DNA of 64,000 bases from Octopus vulgaris (GCA_951406725.2 OX597825.1:49662001-49726000), one strand, 5' to 3'; shown: positions 13,752 through 25,091, numbered from the stretch's first letter. Translations and numbers: made by a program. The notes: generated by a model from the sequence alone, not told the origin.

Positions 13752-14448
13752 CTAAGGGTCAGACCCGATTCTGATTGGTCAACAAGTTGATGACGTCTAG
13801 CTCTGCTAGAATGGACAGGATACAAACAGGGAACAGTCATTAGTCAGAATATTGATGACGTTCTTTTCTGCTTGAATAGTCACCTAACAAGTACAGACAG
13901 GGGGCAGATCTAATGTAGCTATAAGTCGTGATTGGGCAGAATCTGGATGACGTCCCGCTATGCTTGACTAACGAAGCGACTGGTCAAGACAGGAAACAAA
14001 CAAGAGGGAGTTATAATGCAGCGATTGGTCAAAATAATGATGACGTCCCGTTCCACTTGATTAAAGCCACCTAACGAAACGATTGGTCAAAACATTGATG
14101 ACGTCACGCTACGCTAGATTGACCACCTAACAGGCATTATAAAACCGAGCATTTCACAAAAAATCACTAGAACCACCCAGCGAACTTCCACCATGGGTCA
14201 TCACAATTGCTTAAGGTAAAAATGAATTCCTCGCTCTTTCGGAAACATCAATCTTCTGTATTGACCGCTTTCCACCACTTTGATCTGTTTTTTGTATTGA
14301 ATACGTATCGCCACCGTGGGCCACTGCATCGAACACTTTGAACATATACTTCAAACTATATATCAACTATACATGAACTCTAAGATGTCTGACTCCGTTG
14401 TGTATTATAAATGAATTTCTTGTGTTTGACGGCATGAGCTGTCTCTTT
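13751..14448 (+). repeat. 5' pseudo-LTR
   Basis: Direct repeat of 18426-19143; begins right after a (TA)n tract. Confidence 0.95.
13774..14168 (+). promoter_or_regulatory. Candidate Pol II promoter: 5x (ATTGG-N12-TGACGT), TATA box and Inr-like site
   Basis: ATTGG (one ATTAG) at 13774, 13839, 13931, 14024 and 14082, each exactly 12 nt before TGACGT; TATAAAA at 14138-14144; TCACT at 14164-14168. Confidence 0.7.
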
Positions 14449-14518
14449 TTTTATATATAACTTTTTTTGATAAGGTTCATTTCAGGAACTGAAACATGTT
14501 ATAATGTATATATAAAAA
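14446..14518 (+). ncRNA. Minimal hammerhead ribozyme candidate, U3-A8 variant
   Basis: TTGATAA (14467-73), stem II GGTTC/GAACT, GAAA, palindromic ACATGT stem III, GUU site. Proximal stem I is weak; a distal TTTTTATATATA/TATATATAAAAA pairing is present. Confidence 0.55.
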
Positions 14519-14632
14519 TTAAAAATTGTATAATACAGCAGCATTTTCGAACTTCATTTTTTACAAATATATACCTACTCGTATACGAGCTAATCATATT
14601 ATAAATATCATATCACGTACGAGCTCCCGAAA

Positions 14633-16018
14633 ATGCCTGCTAAAAAAGACACCAACGACATCACCTCAATAAATGAAGAGATACTGAAAGAAATGAAAAG
14701 CATAAATTCAAACCTAACAGCAGTGTTAAACAAACTCAACTTAACACCTCGACCTTCTACACAAACTAACGAGGAAACCGAATCGAATAAAACACCCTCC
14801 GAAATATTCGAGAAAGTTGAAAATCTATGCGATACAATGACGACATTCTTCACAAACTTTACGAAACAAGAGCAACAAAAAGAAGGAACACATGAGAAGA
14901 ACCGAGCAACTTCAACATTACAAATAAAGAACCAAGTCCTCCCCCAATGGAGAACACTACAGCGAAACAGAAAATTCGCTTTTTGGAAAATGATACAAAA
15001 TCAGAATAAAGCAGAGATTTACCAAAAATGGCTAGACTCAACACCCCTAGTCATACCCCGTAAATTACAAATCAAACCCATCTCGGAAGAACCAGAAGAA
15101 CAAAGAAAACTTAGAGAAAAAATGAAGATGGAAATAGAACTACTTAAGCTGAGAGCTAAAACGAATGAAGAAAAAGTAAAAACCATAGACGAGGAAATCA
15201 ACGAAGAAGTCATCAAACTAATAGACGACAACAATACTGAAACATTAACAGCACTATGGAATGAAGAATGTGAAAAAGAGGAACTTAAGTCCCTCCAACG
15301 ATAGGAAAAGAGCGCCATCTGGTTTCTAGATTATGAAACCAACTTCAAAAATGAACACATATCCAACAACCCCTTCATAAAATTAAGCAAATCAAAACCA
15401 AATACCAATAGAACGGAACAACCACCAAGAAATCCTACCACACTCTACACCAGAAAAGTACACCTAAAACACACCCCACACTACCTACACCAACCCCAAA
15501 ACCCCTACAGAGGCCCACCACACCAGTTCGAAAATAGACATACCAACAGAGCAGAACAACCACCAAGGAATCCAAACACACTCTACACCAGAAAAATGCA
15601 TTTAAAACGCACCCCACACTACCTACACCAACCCCAAAACACTTATAGGGTCCCACCACACCATTCCACGAACCTAAGAGCCACAACATACAATACTATA
15701 AAATACAACCCACATAACCAAACCAAAACGCTACTACCAAACATCCACCCCAGGAACCAACCATACAACCATAACAAACAACAAATGCACTACGGAGGAA
15801 ACAACTACCAACACAATACACCTGAGGAACTAAGACGTAACACTAGGTTCAACAACAGACTCCAGAACAGAGCACCACAAACTCACTCTGACAATTATAA
15901 CAACATGAGACAGATAAATAATAGCTTTGAACATAACTACACCAACCATTTTTTAGACCCCACACACAGGAACAGGGACACACGATGGCAAAGGACAAAC
16001 AAAAGAAACCTCTGGTAA
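14633..16018 (+). pseudogene. PLE ORF1 (~461 codons): coiled-coil N-half, N/Q/H/P-rich C-half; one in-frame TAG at 15302
   Basis: ORFs 14633-15304 and 15596-16018 share a frame, and the sequence between them translates without further stops (EKSAIWFLDYETNF...). Contains a 46-aa tandem duplication. Confidence 0.75.
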
Positions 16019-18280
16019 TTAAGATAATCAATCTCTCAAACAAAGAACTTACACCTAACGAAATAAGCATACTCTCCAAAGGACTTAAATTTACACCCAC
16101 CCCACAACGTTCTAATTATTATGAAATGAAAGATGATATTTCGGAATTTTGCAGAAAAGTAAGACTCACCGAGGCATTTCAAGACAAACAAATAGAGGAG
16201 GACTCAATAGCTAGAAACAAGAGCAATTACACCCCCACCAAAGGTAAGAATAAAGCCTTAGACCGCTATTGTGACTACATAACTAATTTCCCGTTTCAAT
16301 TCATCAAGAAACAAAAACACAGCCCTAACTTCAACAAAAGAGAATGGAACGACCTCATCAAACTAAGAGAAGACAAAATAACAATTAAAGAGGCAGATAA
16401 GGGCAACGCGATAGTAATAATGAATACAAACAATTATAAAAATTTAGTGCTATCCCTATTAAGAGATGAAACGTATTATGAAAGGGCCCAACAGTATAAC
16501 CAGCAAAAAATAATGCATAATCTTAGGACATTAATCAACACATACCAAGAAGGACTCACGAACAAAGAAATATGAATACATCACTAACTTCAAATGCAAA
16601 TCGAGTTTGTTCTATGGTATCCCTAAGGTACACAAAAGCCAAACCATTAGAGAAACGTGCAAAACATCCACCGACACACTCATCAAAATCCCTTCACCAA
16701 ATGATCTTAAACTAAGACCGATAATAGCAGGGCCAGCATGTGAAACTCACCGCCTCAGCAATTTCTTAGACACACTTCTTAAACCTTTCCTAAAACACAT
16801 CAAAAGCTACGTAAGAGACGATATAGATATGCTCAACCACCTCCCTAAAACAGTCAATGAGAAAACCCTTCTAGTATCATTCGACGTAGTTAATCTTTAT
16901 TCTAACATCCCTCACAACCTAGGAATAGAAGCAATCACCTTCTGGCTGAATAACTACCCCTTTGAACTCCCAACTCGCATAAACAAAGACCTTATAATAG
17001 AAGGACTTAGATTCATTTTAGAGAACAATTATTTTATTTTTGACAATGATTTCTACAGGCAAAGATCGGGAACAGCGATGGGCACGCGTACTGCACCATC
17101 TTTTGCCAACCTACTGATGGGATACCTCGAGAAAATACTATACCGGATGACACTCGAGAAATATGGAAACACCTTCGCCACCTATATCCATAACAACTGG
17201 AAAAGATACCTCGATGACTGTTTCATCATCTGGGACAAAGGCATAGAGAAACTTGAGGAATTTAAAATTCTATTAAATGGAATAAATGACAATATACAAT
17301 TCACGATGGACCACAACGAAAAAGAATTACCATTTTTAGACATCCTCATTAAGATAACCGGCAACAAAATAGTGACAGATATCTACTATAAACCGACAGA
17401 CTCTAAACAGTACCTACCCTTTGATTCATGCCACCCACGACACACTAGAATAAATGTCCCTTTTTCTTTAGCTAGAAGGATTTGCACCATAATATCAGAC
17501 ACAAACACCCGACACACACGTCTCCAGGAACTTAGAACCACACTCACAAATAGAAACTATCCACAGCCCCTAATAGACAGTGCAATCCAACGGGTACTTA
17601 AATTAAGTATAGAAGACCTGAGACAAACAAAACCAAAAAAGAAAGAACAATTAAAAACCCTTCCCTACATCTCTACACACAACCCACTCAACAATGAGGC
17701 CTTCAACACCATACTACAAAGCACAGCCCTACTAAAGGGAGACCCAAAGATGAACCGGATCCTCGAAACACACACCATCATTAAAAGTAAACGGCAACCA
17801 AAATCCTTGAAAAGGATTTTAACCCAAGCTACACTGCACTCAACATCAACCACAAAACCAGCAGTTAGAAAATGTGGAAGGCCCAACTGCGGAATCTGTG
17901 TCATCTTGAAAGAAGGATCAGAATTTATACTGGAACAAGGCCACCAGTTCACCATTAGAACAAACTTCACCTGCGCATCAGAAAACTTAATTTACGTCAT
18001 AACATGCGCAGGCTGCAATAGGCAGTATATAGGCCATACAAAAAATAGCTTACGTAACAGGATGGCGGTGCATAAATCACAAATTAGAAACCCTGATTAC
18101 CGCAAAATACCGGTCAGCGGACACATAGATAGATGTGCTGGAAATGTAAATCCTAAATTTACAACTAACCCGCTCTATAAATTCAGTGACAACGCAACCT
18201 TCACACAACGCCAAAATAAAGAACTATATTTCATAAAAAGATTTAGACCAAGTTTAAACACCCTGGGCCAGGAATACTAA
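15985..18280 (+). pseudogene. PLE ORF2: reverse transcriptase and C-terminal GIY-YIG endonuclease; single +1 frameshift near 16573
   Basis: Motifs LSKGLKFTP, ADKGNAIV, FYGIPKVHK, LRPII, SFDVVNLYSNI, GTAMGT, RYLDD, LPFLD, CGRPNCGIC, LIYVITCAGC-YIG. Confidence 0.93.
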
Positions 18281-18425
18281 AACAAAAGATAAGTCCTCCG
18301 AAAAGGAGAACCAAATTTCACCACGGCCGCTACTTCAAACAGACACTCACTCTGACGGAAATATGCCTTAGTAAAAAAGGGAAAAAAATTCTTTCGTGCA
18401 AATCTGACCCTGATACATACGATAA

Positions 18426-19143
18426 GCTAAGGGTCAGACCCGATTCTGATTGGTCAACAAGTTGATGACGTCTAGCTCTGCTAGAATGGACAGGATACAA
18501 ACAGGGAACAGTCATTAGTCAGAATATTGATGACGTTCTTTTCTGCTTGAATAGTCACCTAACAAGTACAGACAGGGGCAGATCTAATGTAGCTATAAGT
18601 CGTGATTGGGCAGAATCTGGATGACGTCTCGCTATGCTTGACTAACGAAGCGACTGGTCAAGACAGGAAACAAACAGAGGGAGTTATAATGCAGCGATTG
18701 GTCAAAATAATGATGACGTCCCGTTCCACTTGATTAAAGCCACCTAACGAAACGATTGGTCAAAACATTGATGACGTCACGCTACGCTAGATTGACCACC
18801 TAACAGGCATTATAAAACCGAGCATTTCACAAAAAATCACTAGAACCACCCAGCGAACTTCCACCATGGGTCATCACAATTGCTTAAGGTAAAAATGAAT
18901 TCCTCGCTCTTTCGGAAACATCAATCTTCTGTATTGACCGCTTTACACCACTTTGATCTGTTTTTTGTATTGAATACGTATCGCCACCGTGGGCCACTGC
19001 ATCGAACACTTTGAACATATACTTCAAACTATATATCAACTATACATGAACTATATATCAACTATACATGAACTCTAAGATGTCTGACTCCGTTGTGTAT
19101 TATAAATGAATTTCTTGTGTTTGACGGCATGAGCTGTCTCTTT
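18426..19143 (+). repeat. 3' pseudo-LTR
   Basis: Direct repeat of 13751-14448, with an extra ~22-bp internal duplication near 19030-19070. Confidence 0.95.
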
Positions 19144-19308
19144 ACGTTACGTTCTGAGTTCAAATTCCGCCGAGGTCGACTTTGCCTTTCATCCTTTCGG
19201 GGTTGATAAATAAAGTACCAGTTTCGCACTGGGGGGTCGATATATATATGGTGGTGCCCCAGCATGGCCACAGCTCATGAGCTGAATCTAGAATCAATCA
19301 ATCAATCA
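19144..19308 (+). mobile_element. 5'-truncated SINE with Nin/Deu-like core
   Basis: GAGTTCAAATTCC B-box, TCATCCTTTCGGGGTTGATAAA...GTACCAG core, GGTGGTGCCCCAGCATGGCC tail. Confidence 0.8.
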
Positions 19309-19439
19309 TATACATATATATATATATAGAAAATAGTAAAAAGTGAAAAAAACTACAGAAGGCTTAAAGGTTAAAAAAAATATATATTTGCGTCATTATG
19401 TCTGAAGAATATTAAATTTTTTTTTCTTACAATGACATA

Positions 19440-20782
19440 GTTTAGAAGAAAGACCGGTTTCGCGTTTAGCTTTTCAAATTTCTTACGACGTTATGATTAT
19501 CTTGAACAGAGTTATCTTTATGTTTATGTTTAAAAGAGTTCTAAATAAGGGGAGGTAATGAGTGATTTCTTCCGGTGTAAGGGAGATAATCGCTTAAAAT
19601 TTTAAAAAAATTCGTTTCCTTTTCCTTGGTGTGAATTTCTCTGTATCAGTATGTTGGCATGGTTAAGTCTGGGCTTGTACTTTTCAATGAAGAATGTTTC
19701 CTTGTTTAGTCTAATTTGTGTTGATGATCCGATAGCACATTGGTAAAATGGAAAGATTAAAAATTGTGGTAGTAGTTGCTTTGCGCATCTCTTAATGTGC
19801 TCACTTAAAGGTATCATTCTGTATTCTGGGAATGCAATCTGTTGTCGATGCAGTGTGCATCTACGTTTGAGTGATAGTCCCGTGGATCCCACGTAGTCTT
19901 GGTGACAGCCCGAGCATTTTATGACATAAATTATGTTTTCAGAGGCACAAGTAAAGCTAGATTTGATCTTGAATTTCTGTCCCTCTTTGAAGAGGAATTC
20001 TGATCCTTCTAGCAGGTTTGGACATGTTGCACAGTTCGATCTACCACATTTTTTTACTTTTGCATCCGTAATTTCAGAAAACAAGTGATTTAGATTGTTT
20101 GTAGCTTTTAATGATTTGGTGTATGTTTAGAATTTCCTTTAATTTGGGGTCCTTATGAAGTATTGGTAAATTCTAGGTAATGATGGTGAAGGCTTCTTTG
20201 TTTCTGGGGTTGTATGTAGATATGTAAGGTAGTATTTTCGGGGAAGGTGTGTTGTTGTGTTGAACTTTTCTTAAAGTTTCTATGTTGATTTCTGTTGCAC
20301 GTCTGATCCCATCCTCTATGAGTTGAGCTGGGTAATGTCTGTCAATTAGGGTGTTTTTGAGTTCTTGCAGTCTAAAGTTCCTGGTATTTTGTTCTGACAC
20401 TATTGTGCATATCCTTCTTGCAAGGTTGAAGGGGATGTTTGTTTTAGTGTGTCTTGGGTGGCATGAATTGAAAAGAAGGTATTGTTTGGCGTCTGTGGCT
20501 TTGTAAAAAATGTCTGTTTCTATTTTAAGGTTAATTTTTTTAATTAGTATATCCAAGAACGGGAGCTCCTTTTGGTTGTATTCCATTGTGAACTGTATAT
20601 TTGGGTTTATGCTGTTCAATAGGTTTTTAAATTTTAGGAGTTTATCTGTGTTTTCATTCCAGAGTATAAAACAATCGTCTAAGAATCGTTTCCAATTCTC
20701 TTTTATGTATTGAGAAAGGATGTTTCCAAAGATTGATAAAGATTCCTGGTAAATGATTATTTCCATGTAGCCCATTGTTAGG
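19440..20782 (-). mobile_element. 5'-truncated Neptune-type PLE (RT C-half and GIY-YIG)
   Basis: ORFs 20173-20775 (WKRFLDDCF, LPFLD) and 19602-20084 (CGRSNCATC, IIYVIKCSGC-YVG). Confidence 0.9.
19446..19484 (-). ncRNA. Minimal hammerhead ribozyme, U3-A8 variant
   Basis: Minus strand: AAGAAA T TTGAAAA GC TAAAC GC GAAA CCGG TC TTTCTT (stem I AAGAAA/TTTCTT, palindromic ACCGGT, GUC site). Confidence 0.7.
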
Positions 20783-20985
20783 GAACCAAGTGTGGCGTCG
20801 TATACAAGACAGTGCTACTGACGTTTATAGCGCCAAGAAGACATCTCTTCCAGTGGCTAACGGCACACATTCTCTTTCCGATAGGTATTTGCGAGGGGTG
20901 GTCATCGCTTCTATCTCTAGCCTTACGTGATGCATAGAGACTCGAACTTCTGGGTGGCTACCCGTCCTCAGCGTGTTTTAATTAC

Positions 20986-21053
<68 letters not shown>

Positions 21054-21254
21054 CCATGTATGTGCGTGTGTATGCGTATGTTATAGCCGCAGGCCGACCA
21101 AAGGCTTGTGAGTGGATTTCGTACACGGAAACTGAAAGAAGACAGTCGTAAATATATGTGTATATTTGTGTATGTGTGTGTGTATGTGTGTATACACAAA
21201 TATATATATGTACATATATTTCTATATGTATGTGTATATCTTGAGCACCACCAG

Positions 21255-21438
21255 CAAAAATATTTTTTTCCTCTGTCTTCCCTTCTTGGGATCTTTCCTT
21301 CTCCTTGTTTCCGACGAAGAGCTCCGCTCGAAACATTAAACACTCCTTCCCTTCTCTCCTGAGCGTCAAATAATACTTTAATTGTTCCACGACCTCGCGT
21401 TGCTGTGTTTTTTTCTGTGTTTTCTTGTTTGGATTAAC

Positions 21439-21440
<2 letters not shown>
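21255..21440 (+). mobile_element. Short hammerhead-bearing repeat (pLTR/retrozyme-like)
   Basis: TGTTT CCGACGA A GAGC TCC GCTC GAAA CATT AAACA at 21306-21342; ends in (TA)n. Confidence 0.6.
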
Positions 21441-21496
<56 letters not shown>

Positions 21497-21534
21497 TAGA
21501 GAGAGAGAGAGAGAGAGAGATAGATAGATAAATA

Positions 21535-21700
21535 TAGGGAGAGAATTCATTAAAAAGAAATCAAAAGACAAAGACAGGTGGTGAAGACAACAAACAAATG
21601 TATTAGTTTAACGCTCGGGAAAAGAGCCCACACTCTTCCACAGAAAGGAACACAGAAGGAAACAAGGACGGAAAATAAAGAATGTGTAGTGCTAGCGATC
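21535..21700 (-). mobile_element. Short repeat of the same family as 30490-30650 (internally deleted)
   Basis: Shares GACAGGTGGTG.AGACAAC.AACA.ATGTATTAGTTTAACGCTCGGGAA with 30515-30567. Confidence 0.7.
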
Positions 21701-21739
21701 TATATATATTCAATAAAGTATATATCAGAATAGAAGCAC

Positions 21740-23230
21740 ATTCTAAAGAATAGACGAGTAATTGTTAGAAAAAAAATTAAATTTTGGACACAGAGTTACC
21801 ATAGATTTGGTATCCAGAAAGCCAAAGCTTTTATGGAAAGCTCGTTAGGCTCTATGCAAGACAAATATTTCACACACACACACACCTAGATACAGACAAT
21901 TATTTAACAGGCACAACCTAAGTGTCTCCTTTAGTTATGCATATAACATAAAAAGCATTTTAAGAAGTACCCACAATACAAGGGAGGAGGCCAGTTGTTC
22001 TTGCTGGGTATTATGCTAACTCTCCAGTAGAAGGCTGATGTGAGGCTGAAGCAGTAATCTATGAAGCTACAGTGACACCTGTTATCCGCATTACCAGCAA
22101 TGTACAACCCAACAGCAATATAACCAGATTAACCAGATCTCACGCCAGTTCAATCGCCACAGCCAGAGATGATGACAAGTCTGGGACCAGCGTCATAGAG
22201 CACGTAACCGACGACCCGATTATCACTGCTACATATGATGAACAAACCGTTATCATAGACGCAGACAGAGTGACCTGCCCTGCATATATGTTACCATCAG
22301 TACAATCACCACACCAAGAGATGGTGACCAATACAGGACCAGTGACACAGAGGAGGTATCCGGCGTTCTTAGTACCACCACCACATATGATGACCAAACA
22401 ATTATCATGACACCGATGGGATGACCGGCCACGCAACATATGCTACCAACGGCTGCACCCGCACTAACGCCAGCAGTAGCATCGCCAACTATATAACCAA
22501 TAGTGATAACCACGGTGATAACACCACCGGATCATGGCGCCATATCAACTGCGCCAGGAACGGTGTTACCAATAGCATCTCCAGATTTGGTGCCTTTCAG
22601 AGATATTCCAGGAGTGCGAATATAACCACATCCCAAGTTTGTAAATATATCGGATCAGCCAGTAAATCACTCAAACGTCGCTTCCATAAAACACGAGCCA
22701 TCTTTCAGGGTCCCAGAAAGACCTTTTGTCACGACTTTGGCCCGTCACGTGTAGCACCTTAAAGATCAAGGGACCCCATGTGATATCAGGTGGAAAAAAT
22801 AGATCATCCACGCCCATATATAAATGGGAGTGGCCGTTGCAACATTTGCTTCGCGGAGAGGGCCAAATTACTTATGGACTATACAAAATCTTGCGCGTTA
22901 AATAGTCGTAAAGACGTTTTCTCTAAATGTGTCTGCTTCAAGCGCTACCTACTAGAAGATTGGATTTTGCCGTTTGCTGTTAGTCTTTTCCAGGTCAATA
23001 ATGGTTGTTTTATCCTCTGTTTCAGGAGCAACAACCTATCGTCATTAACGTTTTTATAATTTAAGATTTAAATCACGATTTCTGAGTGCTTCCTGAGGTG
23101 CGCGATGTAAAAACTTTAAATTTTGTGTCTTTATATAGAGTCAAACGAGCTGTCCGCAGCGGTTTGGCTTTGTGGATACAAAATCTTTTGTATCTCTATG
23201 TCCCAAATTAAATTTTTTATTGTTATGTAT
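21740..23230 (+). mobile_element. Degenerate PLE 3' part (second lineage, Nematis-like) with an insertion inside GIY-YIG
   Basis: VSFSYAYNIKSIL, CSC..SPVEG*CEAEAVIYEATVT (22021-22075), YIG at 22646, then RCNICFAE...LNSRKDVFSKC. Confidence 0.8.
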
Positions 23231-23986
23231 ATATATCGACGAACTACACGTGCCAACAAAAGGGCTAGACCTCAATACTCTTGAAAATAAGGGCTTAAAG
23301 TTCTTGTTTGATACAGTTATGGTGCCTTATATACACAAATTTAAGTTTCTGGCTCAACAATTTAATGATCAACTCTTCAGTTATGCAAGTCCAGTGCGCA
23401 TGGTACCACCGACTACAAACAAATACACCAGCGGTGGACAAAGTATTCCTCATTGGTGGAAGATAAACAGCTCTCTTACGCTTGATTGCAATACCTTGAC
23501 GAATACGCTATTATGCAGTATTAAAGATAATACGTAGGTATAAAAATATAATAATTTAATAAAGTATAGATACTTTATTGTATATATATATATATATATA
23601 TATATTTACATCAAGCATTATATATTAATATCATATATACACATAGTAAATATATAAATAGATAAGCGTAAATAAAGAATAGATTGCATGCCTCAATAGA
23701 AATTAAAATGAATAGATGGGATATTAAGGTTGAAACAGCTTTATAAAACTTACAACGTAGAAATTAAAAGAAATCCAAACATAAAAGCATCGAAAGATTG
23801 AAAAATTGAAAACGAACCAAAGCATTGAATATTAACAAAATTTAAAAAAATTGGAAATCGAAATTCCAAAACAGAAAAGTGACCAATATATAAAATTAAA
23901 TTAAAATTAATAATTAAAAATGAAAAGGTTTTAAAACTATCAAAAATATTTAAAAGTATATATAAAATTATATTTAAAAGTATATA

Positions 23987-24152
23987 TAGGCATAGGAGTG
24001 TCTGTGTAGTTAGTAGCTTCCTTACCAACAATATGGTTCCGGGTTCAGTCCCACTGCGTGGCACCTTGGGCAAGTGTCTTCTACTATAGCCTTGGTCCAA
24101 CCAAAGCCTTGTGAGTGGATTTGGTAGACGGAAACTGAAAAAGCCCGTCGTA

Positions 24153-24221
<69 letters not shown>

Positions 24222-24447
24222 GAGTGTGTATACGTTTGTGTGTTTGTGCTTGTCCCCCCAACATGGCTTGACAACCGATGCTGGTGTGTTACGTCCCCGT
24301 AACTTAGCGGTTCTGCAAAAGAGACCGATAGAATAAGTACTAGGCTTACAAAGAATAAGTCCCGGGGTCGATTTGCTCGACTAAAGGTGGTGCTCCCGCA
24401 TGGCCACAGTCAAATGTCTGAAACAAGTAAAAGAGTAAAAGAGTATA
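23987..24447 (+). mobile_element. tRNA-derived SINE with internal microsatellite
   Basis: Head GGCATAGGAGTGTCTGTGTAGT...GGTTCAGTCCC, CCTTGGGCAAGTG core, CAGCATGGCC-type tail with GAGTAAAA repeats. Confidence 0.85.
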
Positions 24448-24454
24448 TAATATA

Positions 24455-24716
24455 GGCACAGCTGTGGCTGTGTGGTAAGAAGCTTGCTTCCCGACTACAT
24501 AGTTTCGGCTTCAGTCCCACTGCATCGCTCCTTGGGCAAGTGTATTCTACTATAGCTTCAAGCCAACCAGAGCCTTGTGCGTGGAACTGAGCTATTCGGC
24601 GAAAGAGACCAATAGAATGAGTGCTTGATAAACAAAGAATAAGTCTTAGGGTCGACTAAAACCCTTTAAGACGTTGATCCAGCATGGCCACATCCAATTG
24701 ATTGAAATAAATAAAA
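24455..24716 (+). mobile_element. Second, internally deleted copy of the same SINE
   Basis: Same head, core and tail as 23987-24447. Confidence 0.8.
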
Positions 24717-25091
24717 TATATATATATATATATATATTTTAAAAACTTGAAAATATGTGAATAGAATATGAATGAATTGATATCTAAAAACTAAAAAATA
24801 AAAATGAAATTTGAGATATTACAAATAGATTAAAAGTTGTTTATAAAACATTTTTATAGAAGTTAGAATTTTGACATTTGAGATATATGATAAGAAGTTG
24901 AAAATTTAAATACGTAAATATTTAAGAATTATTAAGAATTATATAATGCAAGACTTTAAATAATTTTATAATCTAGAAGCTTTTAATGTCAGTTATAAAG
25001 CGATATTTGGCTTACTGTTGGACAATGACTACCGTCTGTTGATGATTACGAACTTTGACTGAACTGTTTCTCTTATACCCTGTCGAGTAGA

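Larger units (their letters stand above)
13751..19143 (+). mobile_element. Near-intact Penelope-like retroelement (Neptune-type) with direct pseudo-LTRs
   Basis: ~700-bp direct repeats at 13751-14448 and 18426-19143 with only a handful of differences, flanking ORF1 and the RT/GIY-YIG ORF2. Confidence 0.93.

Noticed and set aside
16573-16575. TGA ending ORF 15985-16575 as possible selenocysteine/readthrough
   Set aside because: The downstream RT is in a different frame. A 1-nt insertion explains it, and the homologue at 60.2 kb reads through as KEIDY.
23085-23162. Hammerhead after the 22-kb PLE (CTGAGGT...CAAACGAGCTGTC)
   Set aside because: The position is plausible, but both core boxes and stem I are damaged, so it is not supportable from this copy alone.
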